64,000 nt of DNA from Candidatus Latescibacterota bacterium (GCA_965223905.1 CBDCXV010000001.1:160001-224000), one strand, 5' to 3'. Positions 36,596 to 46,868 are shown, counted from the stretch's first letter. The notes: generated by a model not told the origin, from the sequence alone. Numbers and translations are program-made.

Positions 36596-37261
36596 CTACC
36601 ACCCTGTCTGGGAGGCGACCGCCGCAAGCGCCTTCTCGACCACCTCGTTGCCCGAACCGCCGCCGGGAAGTCGGACCGCCCCCTCCCACACAGGAAGCCC
36701 GCCGACGGCGCCGCAAAACGATTCGAACCAGGGACTGTCGGTACGCGACCCGCGCGCCGCCATGCGCGCCCGCCACTCCTCGATTCCGGGGGGGTCGAGG
36801 TGAATCACGACCAGCTTCGACGGGGCGATCCTGTCACGCAGCGAAGTCCACAGGTGCTCGACACCCAGCTCCGGCCCCCATCCGCCGACCAGGAATACCG
36901 TGCGCGCACCCACCAGGTTGGCACAGGCGGCGGCCGCGGCGGTCCCGTACTCGATCGGGCGCAGTCGCTCCCAGTACAGATCGGTGCCGTAGGCTTCTTC
37001 TGTCGGGGTTGCGGTCTGCCGGGCGATCTCGAGAATGAAGGGACCTGAGCACCAGTCCTTGTCCACTGTAAACGATCCCGGAAGCAGCCGCTGCAGCGCT
37101 CCAGCCAGGCTGCTCTTGCCGGATCCGGGGGGGCCGGCGATGACGGCGAGCCGAGCTGCCGCCGAGCCGGGAGCTGCGGCCCTGATCACCGCCTCTACCG
37201 TAGGCAGCGGACGCGGGGCGGATTCGGCGTACCCTCCACCCAGAAGGGAGACGCCCCTCAC
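36596..37261 (-). CDS. P-loop NTPase/kinase (AAA_33-like)
   Basis: Walker A GPPGSGKS, VDKD and RMAARG lid. GTG start overlaps the upstream stop (GTGA). Confidence 0.75.
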   Translation of the reverse strand: MRGVSLLGGGYAESAPRPLPTVEAVIRAAAPGSAAARLAVIAGPPGSGKSSLAGALQRLLPGSFTVDKDWCSGPFILEIARQTATPTEEAYGTDLYWERLRPIEYGTAAAAACANLVGARTVFLVGGWGPELGVEHLWTSLRDRIAPSKLVVIHLDPPGIEEWRARMAARGSRTDSPWFESFCGAVGGLPVWEGAVRLPGGGSGNEVVEKALAAVASQTGW

Positions 37262-38394
37262 TGCTTTCCACCGCGGCGAAACGCTGCGAAATCGAGCCCT
37301 GTGACCAGGAGTGCGGCCGCCAAGGCGAGCACCAACGCGAGCGGCGTGGGCGACCTGGTCAGCAGCAGGGTTCCCCCAACAGCTACCGCCGTCGCCGCAT
37401 ACAGGACAAGGACGCTGTCGCGGCGTGACAGTCCCAGGCGCACGAGGCGATGGCTGGTGTGGTTCTGGTCCCCGTGCCAGGGGGGGATCCGACGCGACAG
37501 GCGGATGGCCACCACAGAAGCGAGGTCGTAAGCCGGCACGGCCAGCACGAGAAGCGGCAGGAGAGCGGCCTGGCCATCGAAAGCCTGCATTTCGACGAGG
37601 CGCCGAGTGACGAGGACGCTGAGGCCACCGGCGACGAAACCGAGGAACAAGGCCCCGCTGTCCCCCATGAACACGGTGGCCCGGGGAAAGTTGAAAACCA
37701 GAAACCCGCACGCTGATCCGATGAGGAGCAGTCCCAGGAGCGCCGCGGGAATATGGCCGCATGCCAGAGACAGGCTGACCAACCCGGACAGGGCTATCGC
37801 TGCAACTCCCGCGGCCAGCCCTTCCATGTTGTCCAACATGTTGAAGGCGTTCGTTATCGAAGCGATCCATACAGCGCTGAGGGCTGCCGACAAAAGCGGC
37901 TCGGAGCCGGCAATCGGCAGTCTGAAACCCGGGATCCACCCTGCGAGCAAGGTGGCGATAGCCAGCTGCGCCGCGAGGCGAAACTGCGGCGACAGCCCGC
38001 GAAAATCATCGACCATGCCGACCAGCCAGACCACCGAGGCGCAGGCGAACAAGGCTGCTGCCTGGCTCACTTCAAAAACTGTGGTCGGAAAGTTGCCGAA
38101 CGGAGTCACCCAGTAAGGTGCCCAGGGGCTGATCCAGCCGGAGCCGTCCCGGAGCAGGCCGGACGCCTCGCGCAGGACCGCGGCCAGCCCCCCCGCGGCG
38201 GGAAGCAGGCAGGCGGCATACATGGCGACTCCGCCTCCGTACGGGGTGACTTGGCGATGGGATTTGTATGAGGCGCGGCCGGGATCGTCGACCAGACCAA
38301 CCTTGAGGGCCAGCCGGCGGGCTATTGGAACCCCCAACAGGGTGGCAAGCATCGATGCCGCGGCGACAGCGGCGAGGTGCCAGGGCGCGTTCAC
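37258..38394 (-). CDS. MraY/WecA/TagO-family polyprenyl-phosphate HexNAc-1-P transferase
   Basis: PYGGG, GMVDDF, NAFNMLDNMEGLA, FMGDSGALFLG and DQNHTSHRL. The 5' part of the listed 810-aa ORF is a shadow. Confidence 0.9.
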   Translation of the reverse strand: MNAPWHLAAVAAASMLATLLGVPIARRLALKVGLVDDPGRASYKSHRQVTPYGGGVAMYAACLLPAAGGLAAVLREASGLLRDGSGWISPWAPYWVTPFGNFPTTVFEVSQAAALFACASVVWLVGMVDDFRGLSPQFRLAAQLAIATLLAGWIPGFRLPIAGSEPLLSAALSAVWIASITNAFNMLDNMEGLAAGVAAIALSGLVSLSLACGHIPAALLGLLLIGSACGFLVFNFPRATVFMGDSGALFLGFVAGGLSVLVTRRLVEMQAFDGQAALLPLLVLAVPAYDLASVVAIRLSRRIPPWHGDQNHTSHRLVRLGLSRRDSVLVLYAATAVAVGGTLLLTRSPTPLALVLALAAALLVTGLDFAAFRRGGKQ

Positions 38395-38575
38395 TCGGCG
38401 GTGTCGTCTGAACAGGCGTTTCCAGGCTCTGGCGTTCGGGAATATGCGGCACCCCCGGGGGGGGCCGCACCCGTCCCGGGGGGCCAACCGAGCAGGCCGG
38501 AAACTGCCCGTCCGCAGCCTGGGTTTCCGAGGCCAGGGAAGCGCTTGCAGGTGCCCGGCACACCCTTGGATTCGA

Positions 38576-38603
38576 TTGACATAAAAAACCGTCCGGTTAC
38601 CTT
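38576..38603 (+). promoter_or_regulatory. Sigma70-type promoter candidate
   Basis: TTGACA, 16 nt, TACCTT in an AT-rich divergent intergenic region, about 45 nt before the start at 38647. Confidence 0.5.
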
Positions 38604-38646
38604 CAACCCGTGATAAGTATAGAAAAATTAGAAAGGTAGACCACAT

Positions 38647-41600
38647 TTGCGAGTTCTGAAAACCACCGGAAAAACAGCGTTTTACGCGGCGATTCCGACG
38701 CTGATTCTCGCGTTGGCGCCACCTGCCGAAGCCCAGCTGACCAGCTTTCAGACCGATCACTACGTCATCAGCTATTTCCCCGGCGCCGAAGGCACGGCGC
38801 GCCGGGTGGCAGAGGTCGCCGAAGAGGTTTTCGCGCCGCTGGCAGCGGCGTACGGGTATTACGACGAGTACTCCCCGATTCACATCGTCGTTCTCGACAA
38901 CAGCGATTTCGGAAACGGCGCCGCGGACAACTACAGCAACACCGTCTACATCTGGGCCTCGGCCCTCGACTGGGAGATCCGCGGCGACCACCCCTGGATC
39001 AAGAACGTCCTCACCCACGAGATCTCCCACGTCATGACCCTGGACAAGGCGCGCAAGAGGTGGCCCTTCCGCGTCGCCCTGTTTTCGGTCTCCCGGTTCG
39101 ACTCCAACCCCGACATCAGCTTCAATTTCCCGCTTTACTATCTGAACACCCCTGCGTGGTGGGTGGAGGGAATCGCCCAATTCGCTCCCACGCAGTTCGG
39201 GTGGGACACATGGGATTCCCATCGCGACATGCTGCTGCGGATGGCGGTGCTCGAGGACGACCTGTCTACGCTGAACGAGATGGGCGGCCTGAGGCACCGC
39301 GCCGGCGGCTACCGCGGCGAGCAGGTCTACAATCAGGGCTTCGGACTGCTGATGTACACGGCGGCGACGTACGGCTCGGAAAAGGTTGAGGAACTGCAGG
39401 ACAATGTCGGGTCGTTGAGTTTCGACCCGGCGATTCGCAAGGTGCTCGGCATTTCGGCCGACCAGCTGTACGACGACTGGGTCCGCTTCATGGAGGACCA
39501 GTACGGCCAGCAAGTGGAAGAGATTGTCGCGGAGGGGTTCTTCGAGGGAAACGAGCTCGGGGACGTCAACGAAGGAGTGATCGACTTCCACCCATCGTAT
39601 TCGCCAGACGGCAGCAAACTCGCCTACATCACCAGCCAGAACCGGGACTACCGCATCCCGTACGTCGCCATCTACGACTTCGATACGCAAAAGAAAAAAG
39701 TCCTCAAGGAGTTCGTCGACACCCGGATATCCTGGTTTCCCGACTCCGACAAAATTCTGTTTCTACGCAACAAGAGCGGCTACAACGACCTCTTCGTCTA
39801 CGACATCGAAAAAGAAAAGGAGCACCGCATCAGCGCCGGCATGCGCGCCAGGGACCCGAACGTCTCCCCGGACGGGGAGCGCATCGCATTCGTCCGCCTC
39901 CGCGACGGCAACCACAGCCTCTGTCTGATCGATAACGACGGCACCGACCTCGTCCAGCTCACCAACCACAACGACCGCACCCAGATCTACGCACCGCGAT
40001 GGTCCCCCGACGGCAAGTGGATCCTGTTCAGCATTTTCAGCGGCGAAGACCGCGACATCGCCATGATGCGGGCGGACAGTCCACCCCTGCCCAAGAAAAC
40101 GGGCCTGCGTCCGCCCAAGGACGACACGCCGGACTCGCTGAAGGTTTTCCCCGACAGTCTGGCCTTTCCAGCCGCGGACTCCTCGGGATTCACCCCACTG
40201 CTGGCGTCGTCCGCGGACGAGCGCGATCCGTACTGGCTGCCGGACGGAAGCGGCTTCGTCTTCGCCTGCGACCGCACCGGCATCTTCAACATCTACCAGT
40301 ACACCCTGGCGACCGGAGAGGTGCGGCAGCTCACCAACGTACTTGGCGGGGCCTTCTCGCCCACCGTGTCGACTGACGGGCGCGTGACCTACGCCAGCTA
40401 CCACGCCAACAATTTCGACCTCTACGAATTCGAACTCGACGGGGCCGGGGAACGCACCGTCCACTGGGATCCCCTGGCCGACCGCGACTATCAAACCGTA
40501 GTTCGCGGGCCGAAACTTTCGGAGGAGTACAGCGTTTTCCGCTACCGCGGCCGGCGCGTGCTCGACATCATTCCCCTGTTTCAGGTCGGACCGACCTTCA
40601 TCGGCAATACATTCGGACTCAACCAGATCAGCGGTGGCGGCCAGATCTCCGTCGGTGAAACCCTCGGCGGCGACGTCTTCCGCTTCTGGGGGATCCTCGG
40701 CAAGAACTTTCGCGAGAGCACCGATCTCAACACCGATTTCGGCATCTACGCAGAGCGCAGACTGCTCCCTGCCGTCGGCAACAACCGCACCTTCAACCCT
40801 TCTCTGTGGGCGGGATGGCGGCGCCGAGAGGTCGACTGGGTAATCCGCGGGAGCCAGGTGGACGTTCGCGTCGACACTGTGGCAAATACGATCTACCCGG
40901 CGCCAGTGGACACCGCCAACCTGCTGATCCCGAACGCCATCCGCTACCGCTACGAGGGAGAAGCGAGGAAGGATCTGTTCAAGGATGTTTTTCAGCTGTG
41001 GTCCGTCGGGGTAGATCTGCCGGTCAGCAGGCGGCAACAGCTGACGGCGTTGTACACCAACCGCAACTACGACGAGAACTGGTCGCTGCATCGGTATCGC
41101 CAGCGCCTCGAGACATTCATAGTCCAGGACAGCGTCGACATTACCGGGACCTTGCCTCGCTCCCTTACCAGTCTCGACACCACGACGGTGACTCCGGACG
41201 ACCAGTATTCATTTTATGACGATCTGGAATTCTTCACCTCGAACGATCTGACCTTGGCGTGGAATTACCGCAGGATCAAACCGACCTCAGATCGCATGAT
41301 CAATGCGACGGGGCGCTCGATCGCCCTCATCTACCGCTACATGAAGTCCAACCTCGCCGATTCGCTCGCCTTTACGGTGGATGACGGCATGCCCCACGAC
41401 CTGCTGATACCCGCGCGGCGTCCCCTGACTGTCAACGAGTACGTAGGGGCCTATACCGAGAGGGTAGGGCTGCCGTTTCGCAACACCCTGACCTGGGAGG
41501 TCATTGCAGCCTACCGCAACCTCCGCGTGAAACCATCGTACACACCGGAAGGGGGATTCTTCGAAGGCCGCTACTACTGGCCCCTGCGCTACTACCTGGG

Positions 41601-42000
41601 GGGGCGAAACTTTCTTAGCGGATATCCGTATTTCACACGCTCCGGCTCAAAGCTCCTGTACGGCCGCTTTGCCTACGGGTTTCCCGTGTTTCGCCGTCTC
41701 AACCTGGGTTTCCTGAACTTCAATTTCACCAAGGTCTACGCCGAGCTGTTTGCCGAGACCGGGGCGGTCGGCAACTTTCGCACGCTGAAGCTCGAGGACT
41801 TCGATAGCGAGTCGTTTTTGTCGGACGTCGGCGGGGAGGTGCGCATGGAGCTGTACACCTTCTACCGCATTCCGATGCGGGCCTTCTTCCAGATTGCCCA
41901 TCCCCTCAACCGCGATCGCGTCGAACTCGACCCTGACGAGCCGGAACTCGACAAATGGCGCTATTACTTCGGTCTCGGACTGGTGGGACGAGGGTTGTAG
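38647..42000 (+). CDS. Secreted/outer-membrane protein: HExxH metallopeptidase-like domain, TolB/PD40 propeller and Omp85-like C-terminal barrel
   Basis: Signal peptide. THEISH...WWVEGIAQ. PSYSPDG, PNVSPDG and PRWSPDG repeats. Terminal YYFGLG beta-strand. Confidence 0.8.
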   Translation: MRVLKTTGKTAFYAAIPTLILALAPPAEAQLTSFQTDHYVISYFPGAEGTARRVAEVAEEVFAPLAAAYGYYDEYSPIHIVVLDNSDFGNGAADNYSNTVYIWASALDWEIRGDHPWIKNVLTHEISHVMTLDKARKRWPFRVALFSVSRFDSNPDISFNFPLYYLNTPAWWVEGIAQFAPTQFGWDTWDSHRDMLLRMAVLEDDLSTLNEMGGLRHRAGGYRGEQVYNQGFGLLMYTAATYGSEKVEELQDNVGSLSFDPAIRKVLGISADQLYDDWVRFMEDQYGQQVEEIVAEGFFEGNELGDVNEGVIDFHPSYSPDGSKLAYITSQNRDYRIPYVAIYDFDTQKKKVLKEFVDTRISWFPDSDKILFLRNKSGYNDLFVYDIEKEKEHRISAGMRARDPNVSPDGERIAFVRLRDGNHSLCLIDNDGTDLVQLTNHNDRTQIYAPRWSPDGKWILFSIFSGEDRDIAMMRADSPPLPKKTGLRPPKDDTPDSLKVFPDSLAFPAADSSGFTPLLASSADERDPYWLPDGSGFVFACDRTGIFNIYQYTLATGEVRQLTNVLGGAFSPTVSTDGRVTYASYHANNFDLYEFELDGAGERTVHWDPLADRDYQTVVRGPKLSEEYSVFRYRGRRVLDIIPLFQVGPTFIGNTFGLNQISGGGQISVGETLGGDVFRFWGILGKNFRESTDLNTDFGIYAERRLLPAVGNNRTFNPSLWAGWRRREVDWVIRGSQVDVRVDTVANTIYPAPVDTANLLIPNAIRYRYEGEARKDLFKDVFQLWSVGVDLPVSRRQQLTALYTNRNYDENWSLHRYRQRLETFIVQDSVDITGTLPRSLTSLDTTTVTPDDQYSFYDDLEFFTSNDLTLAWNYRRIKPTSDRMINATGRSIALIYRYMKSNLADSLAFTVDDGMPHDLLIPARRPLTVNEYVGAYTERVGLPFRNTLTWEVIAAYRNLRVKPSYTPEGGFFEGRYYWPLRYYLGGRNFLSGYPYFTRSGSKLLYGRFAYGFPVFRRLNLGFLNFNFTKVYAELFAETGAVGNFRTLKLEDFDSESFLSDVGGEVRMELYTFYRIPMRAFFQIAHPLNRDRVELDPDEPELDKWRYYFGLGLVGRGL

Positions 42001-42134
42001 GAGAATCAGGTGGTCCGGGTCGACCTTCGAAAACTGGCACTGAGACTGAAGGTCGTGGAGATGCTCAGGATCTACGCTGAACGCAGACAGGTGCGCGACG
42101 CGCCGGCCCTGTGGCGCCGTCTGATCCGCCCGAA

Positions 42135-43308
42135 CTAGTGTCCCGTCGCAGAAATAACTAGCGTAATATCCGCTTCGTGGGTCCTTTTCTCCAAGGATCT
42201 TTTCCAAAGGAGAGACCCGATGCGATCAGGACGCCCGTTGGTTCCGTTTGAATTGAGTGAACCGACCCGGAAGCAATTGCAATCCCTAGTCCACTCCCGC
42301 AGTACTCCCCAAGGTCTGGTTCGTCGGGCAGAGATCGTTCTGCTGGCCGCCGACGGGTGGCCCAACCTGGCCATTGCCAGCTGTTTGTCCACTTCGCCGG
42401 CGACCGTTGGAAAATGGCGCAAGCGCTTTGTGGAGCAAGGTCTCATGGGCCTGTATGACGAGCTGCGTCCGGGGGCGCCGCGCTCCATCGATGACGAGCA
42501 GGTGGCGGCGGTGGTATACAAGACGCTCCACGAGAAGCCCGAACACCAGACCCAGTGGACGGTGCGCTCCATGGCGGCCGCGTCGGGGATATCCAAGGAC
42601 ACGGTGCATCGCATCTGGCGCACTTTCGGCTTGCAGCCCCATCGGCAGAAGACCTTCAAACTGTCCACCGATCCCTTCTTCGTGGAGAAAGTGCGCGACA
42701 TCGTCGGTCTGTATCTGCATCCTCCCGAGCATGCCCTGGTGTTATGCGTAGACGAGAAGAGCCAGATCCAGGCCCTGGAGCGCCCTCAGCCGTTGCTGCC
42801 TTTGGGCCTGGGCTATGTGGAAGGGGTACCCCACGACTACAAACGCCATGGCACGACCACCCTGTTTGCGGCGCTCAACATCGAGAGCGGAGAGGTCATA
42901 GCGCAGTGTAAGCCGCGCCATCGGCCTCAGGGATTTCTCCAGTTTCTTGGCCACATCAAGGCTCAGGTACCGGCGCATCTGGACATTCATCTGGTGGTCG
43001 ATAACTACGCTACCCACAAACACGCCAAAGTAAAGCAGTGGTTGGCCCGACACCCCCGCTTCCACCTCCATTTCACCCCGACCTATGCGTGCTGGCTCAA
43101 CCAGGTGGAGATCTGGTTCGGCATCCTCACGCGGCGGACGATTCGACGCGGCTCCTTCAGGAAGGTGAAGGAATTGATCCGTCGCATTGAGCACTTCACG
43201 GACCATTGGAACCAAAAGGCCCACCCTTTCGTATGGACGGCCACGGCCGATTCCATCCTCGCAAAGATCAAAAGACTTTGTGAGCGAATTTCTGCGACAG
43301 GACACTAG
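42135..43308 (+). mobile_element. IS630-family insertion sequence
   Basis: Terminal inverted repeats CTAGTGTCCCGTCGCAGAAAT and ATTTCTGCGACAGGACACTAG (1 mismatch in 21). CTAG at both ends fits TA target duplication. Confidence 0.95.
42220..43308 (+). CDS. IS630 transposase
   Basis: N-terminal HTH, FKLSTDPFF, DDE triad in CVDEKS, VVDNYATH and WLNQVEIWF. Stop codon lies in the right end. Confidence 0.95.
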   Translation: MRSGRPLVPFELSEPTRKQLQSLVHSRSTPQGLVRRAEIVLLAADGWPNLAIASCLSTSPATVGKWRKRFVEQGLMGLYDELRPGAPRSIDDEQVAAVVYKTLHEKPEHQTQWTVRSMAAASGISKDTVHRIWRTFGLQPHRQKTFKLSTDPFFVEKVRDIVGLYLHPPEHALVLCVDEKSQIQALERPQPLLPLGLGYVEGVPHDYKRHGTTTLFAALNIESGEVIAQCKPRHRPQGFLQFLGHIKAQVPAHLDIHLVVDNYATHKHAKVKQWLARHPRFHLHFTPTYACWLNQVEIWFGILTRRTIRRGSFRKVKELIRRIEHFTDHWNQKAHPFVWTATADSILAKIKRLCERISATGH

Positions 43309-43450
43309 TGCCTGCGCGCGCAATTCTGCGTGAACTCGGCCGCCCCTGCATCCCGGCTGGCCGCTTGGAGATTTCGTGAAACGCGACATCCTTTCCATGT
43401 GCGGTTGGCGCCATTCCATACGGGCTTTCCGGAGGGTGAGCCGGGGGCCG

Positions 43451-44179
43451 GTGAAAATCCAGCGATTCAAAGCCGGTCTGTTGCTCGCCGCGGCCATTTC
43501 GGCCTGCGAGGAGGGTCCTCCTCCCGACCCAGCGCATGCCCGCATGCGGATGAAGACGGAAGCCCTTCGCGAGCAGATCTCCGCCTCCCCTGACTCGCAG
43601 CGTCTCCACTACCGCCTTGGCATGGTGTTCGCCGAATTCGGTTACCTGGATTCGGCCTGCATCGCTCTCGAACGCTGCCTTCTCATCGACTCCGCCATCC
43701 CCGAGGTCCACTTCGAGCTCGGAGACCTGTACCTGCAGCAGAACAAGGTCGACGCCGCGGCTGCGGCTTACGAACAGGCCGTGAGATACAAACCGGACTG
43801 GGTCGACGCCTTCAACAATCTGGGATTCGTTTACAAGAAAGCGGGTCGACTCGACCTCGCCGAGTCGGCGTACGAGCGCGCCCTGCTACTCGACTCGAGC
43901 TTTGTGCAGGCGTACAACAACCTCGGTCAAGTGTACAAGCAGAGGGGGGAGTGGAGCGAAGCGATCCGTCTGTACCAAAAAGCTATTGCAGCCCGGCCCA
44001 TGTTTCAGGAAGCCTACCTGAACTTGGCCATGGCGTACAAGAGCAACGGCGACCACGACAAGGAAACCGAGATTCTGCAGGATATCGTCGAACTGTTCGG
44101 CACCGCCGAAAAGTGGGGAGCCTACGCCGAAAGTCGCCTTGCGGAGCTGCAGGCATTCGGCGGCAGCTCCACCCTATAG
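43451..44179 (+). CDS. TPR-repeat lipoprotein
   Basis: Lipobox ISAC and TPRs (AFNNLGFVY, AYNNLGQVY). Start estimated at GTG 43451. Confidence 0.8.
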   Translation: MKIQRFKAGLLLAAAISACEEGPPPDPAHARMRMKTEALREQISASPDSQRLHYRLGMVFAEFGYLDSACIALERCLLIDSAIPEVHFELGDLYLQQNKVDAAAAAYEQAVRYKPDWVDAFNNLGFVYKKAGRLDLAESAYERALLLDSSFVQAYNNLGQVYKQRGEWSEAIRLYQKAIAARPMFQEAYLNLAMAYKSNGDHDKETEILQDIVELFGTAEKWGAYAESRLAELQAFGGSSTL

Positions 44180-44182
44180 GAG

Positions 44183-44569
44183 CTACTCCTCCGCCTGCCC
44201 CTGCTTCCTGCGTTCGAAGAGCTGCAGGTTGATGTCGTTGGGCCCTTCGAAGAAGGCCAGGTGAATGCCCCCGGCTCCCGCGTCGAAAGGCTCCTTCGTT
44301 ATCGTCACCCCCTTTTGCCGCAGCTCCTCGGTTACCGCCTCGATCTCCTCTACCGCGAAAGATACGTGGTGAAAGCCCACCGGGTGCCCCGTTGACTTCG
44401 CGGGCATCAGCTCGAGGATGATGTCGCCTGCCTTCATGAAAACGTAGTCGTCGTCATCCTCGTTCGGGAAACGCTCGATGACTTCGAGCCCGAGGGTTTC
44501 GGTGAAAAAGCCCACCGCGCTTTCCACGTCGTCCGTCACGAACGCGATTTTGTGAATCCTATTGACCAT
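44183..44569 (-). CDS. VOC/glyoxalase family protein
   Basis: IHKIAF, FFTETLGL, LELM, HHVSFAV and FFEGP motifs. Confidence 0.85.
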   Translation of the reverse strand: MVNRIHKIAFVTDDVESAVGFFTETLGLEVIERFPNEDDDDYVFMKAGDIILELMPAKSTGHPVGFHHVSFAVEEIEAVTEELRQKGVTITKEPFDAGAGGIHLAFFEGPNDINLQLFERRKQGQAEE

Positions 44570-44592
44570 CGGTCGACTCCCGGGAATTTGGA

Positions 44593-45150
44593 TTATTGGG
44601 ATTGCAGTCGCAGAACGCGGCGAACGTAATCGAGACTCGACGCCAACAGCAGGGTTGTTGCTACAGCGACAGCCGCCTGTGCGAGCCCTCGCGGAGCCGC
44701 AAAGACGTACCCGGCAAGGGCGAGAACCATGGTGGCCGTGGCCGCCTTGCCCAGCGGGGAGGCCGGAAGGACGAGTCCACGAGTTCGAAACAGATATACG
44801 CCGACCGAAACGATGGCGGCATCCCTGACGAGCTGCAAAGCCATCAGCCACCCCGGTAAATCGAACCACACCACCAGCGCCAGGCCGAGTCCACCGACCG
44901 CTATCTTGTCGGCCAGGGGATCGAGAATCTTGCCGGTTCGGGAAACGAGCCCGAACCGGCGAGCAAAATAGCCGTCGAGGAAGTCGGTCGCAGCGGCCCC
45001 GATCAGCAGAACTCCCGAAAACCACGAAGCCCCGGTGCCATCGCCGGTTTCGGCATCGCGGCGCAAGCTCAACAGCAACGCGGGAACAAGAGCGACGCGA
45101 AGAGCGCTGAGCGCATTCGGAAGCGCGGAAAGGATACCGCCGGCCATCAC
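44593..45150 (-). CDS. CDP-alcohol phosphatidyltransferase (PgsA-like)
   Basis: PNALSALR and TDFLDGYFARR...GKILDPLADK signature. Confidence 0.9.
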   Translation of the reverse strand: MMAGGILSALPNALSALRVALVPALLLSLRRDAETGDGTGASWFSGVLLIGAAATDFLDGYFARRFGLVSRTGKILDPLADKIAVGGLGLALVVWFDLPGWLMALQLVRDAAIVSVGVYLFRTRGLVLPASPLGKAATATMVLALAGYVFAAPRGLAQAAVAVATTLLLASSLDYVRRVLRLQSQ

Positions 45151-46859
45151 CTCAGCAACTCTTCGGCGTGCTGTCGCGCTGTTTCCGATACCGACTCCCC
45201 GGCCAGAAGACGAGCTACTTCCTCTCGGCGTTCAGCCACATCGGACAGGGGATAGACCTCGGTCACGGTGCGCCCACGGCGCTGGATCTTGCGCACCGAA
45301 AAATGACAATCTGCGAGGCTCGCTATCTGCGGCAGGTGAGTGATCGCAATCGCCTGGTGGGAGTGGGCGAGGTCCTTGAGCCGCTGCCCGACAGCGCTGG
45401 CAGTGCGACCGGAAATACCGGAGTCGATCTCGTCGAAAACGAGGGTCGACACCACGTCCCGCTCGGCGATGATCCCCTTGAGCACTAGCATGATGCGCGA
45501 GATTTCGCCGCCCGAGGCGACTCGGGCGAGGGGGCGAGGCGGCTCCCCGGGGTTTGCGGAAATGAAAAAAGCCACCTTCTCGACCCCGGAGGCGTCGGCC
45601 CGGTAGCGGACCCCATCGATTTCTACCAGGCCGTCCGGATCCCGCTCCCGAGTGCACCTCGCTTCGAAGCTGGCGCCGGGGATGCCCAGGGCTCCGAGTC
45701 CTTTCTCAACTTCTCCTGCCAGCGCCGACGCCGCTCGCTCGCGCCGTCCTGACAGAACCAGACAGTCCCGGGCAAACCTTTCGGCGATCTCTGCGTGGCC
45801 ACTGCCCGCCGCGGCGATCGCGCTCTCTATTTCCTCCAGGCGATCCCCTGCCACCTCCAGTTCCCGGGCGGTCCGGGCTACGTCGGCCAGTGTGCCTCCG
45901 TACTTTCGAGTCAGGCGGTGCAGCTCGAACAGACGCTCCCGCGCCTGCTCGAGCCGCTCGGGATTCGGCTCCAAGCGATTGAGATACTCCCGGAATCTGG
46001 CGGCTACGTCCTCGGCGCGAAACAGCAGTTGCTCCACCTCCTCGGCGAGCTGCCCGAGACGAGGGTCGATCTCCACAAGTCGATCCAGCTGGCGCCGGCA
46101 CCCCCCGAGAACCTCCACGGTAGCTCCGTCTTCCCGGTACAGTCGATCGAAGACGGAACCCACTTCGGAGGAGAGTTCGGCTTGGTTTGCCAGTACTCTC
46201 ACCTCCGTTTCCAGGATTTCGTCTTCTCCCTCTTCGGGACCGATTCGCCGGATTTCCTCCAGCTGGAAACCCCGGAGTTCTTCCTCTCTCAGCAACTCGG
46301 CGCGTTCCCGCTCGAGGTTCGCCAGTTCCTCTGCGCAGCGCTCGACCTCGTTGAACGAGGCTCCCACTGAAGCTGCGGATTCCCCCAGTTGTGCGCAGTC
46401 GTCGAGAAAACGGGCGTGTTGGTCTTCGTCGAGAAGGGACTGGTGCTCGTGCTGGCCGTGAAGGTCGATCAATGCTCCGCCAATCTCCTGCAGCTTTTTC
46501 AGGGGCACGATACGGCCGTCGACAAAGGCGCGGGAACGGACGTTCTCCCTGATTTCGCGCCGAAGTACGAGCTGTTGGCCGTCGACCTCGACCCCCATCC
46601 GCCCCAGCCTGTCCAATGCTGCACTACCGGCGGCCTCGGCCTCATCGAATTCGAACAACCCCTCGACCACACAGCGGTCGCAGCCGCCGCGAATCAGATC
46701 GGATCGCGCCGGCCCACCGAGAATGCAGTTCAGGGCGCCGAGTAGGATCGACTTCCCGGCGCCCGTTTCTCCGGTAATGATATTGAGACCCCGGCCGAAC
46801 TCGATCTCGGAACGCTCTATCAAGGCGAAATTTTGGATGAGGAGCCGGGTCAGCATCAC
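45147..46859 (-). CDS. recN: DNA repair protein RecN
   Basis: TGETGAGKS, HGQHEHQ, ASGGE, FDEID and ITHLPQ. Confidence 0.96.
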   Translation of the reverse strand: MMLTRLLIQNFALIERSEIEFGRGLNIITGETGAGKSILLGALNCILGGPARSDLIRGGCDRCVVEGLFEFDEAEAAGSAALDRLGRMGVEVDGQQLVLRREIRENVRSRAFVDGRIVPLKKLQEIGGALIDLHGQHEHQSLLDEDQHARFLDDCAQLGESAASVGASFNEVERCAEELANLERERAELLREEELRGFQLEEIRRIGPEEGEDEILETEVRVLANQAELSSEVGSVFDRLYREDGATVEVLGGCRRQLDRLVEIDPRLGQLAEEVEQLLFRAEDVAARFREYLNRLEPNPERLEQARERLFELHRLTRKYGGTLADVARTARELEVAGDRLEEIESAIAAAGSGHAEIAERFARDCLVLSGRRERAASALAGEVEKGLGALGIPGASFEARCTRERDPDGLVEIDGVRYRADASGVEKVAFFISANPGEPPRPLARVASGGEISRIMLVLKGIIAERDVVSTLVFDEIDSGISGRTASAVGQRLKDLAHSHQAIAITHLPQIASLADCHFSVRKIQRRGRTVTEVYPLSDVAERREEVARLLAGESVSETARQHAEELLR

Positions 46860-46868
46860 CGCCTGCCT

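Noticed and set aside
38395-39690. 810-aa MraY fusion ORF
   Set aside because: The N-terminal extension is the antisense shadow of the 38647-42000 gene and crosses a promoter-like region.
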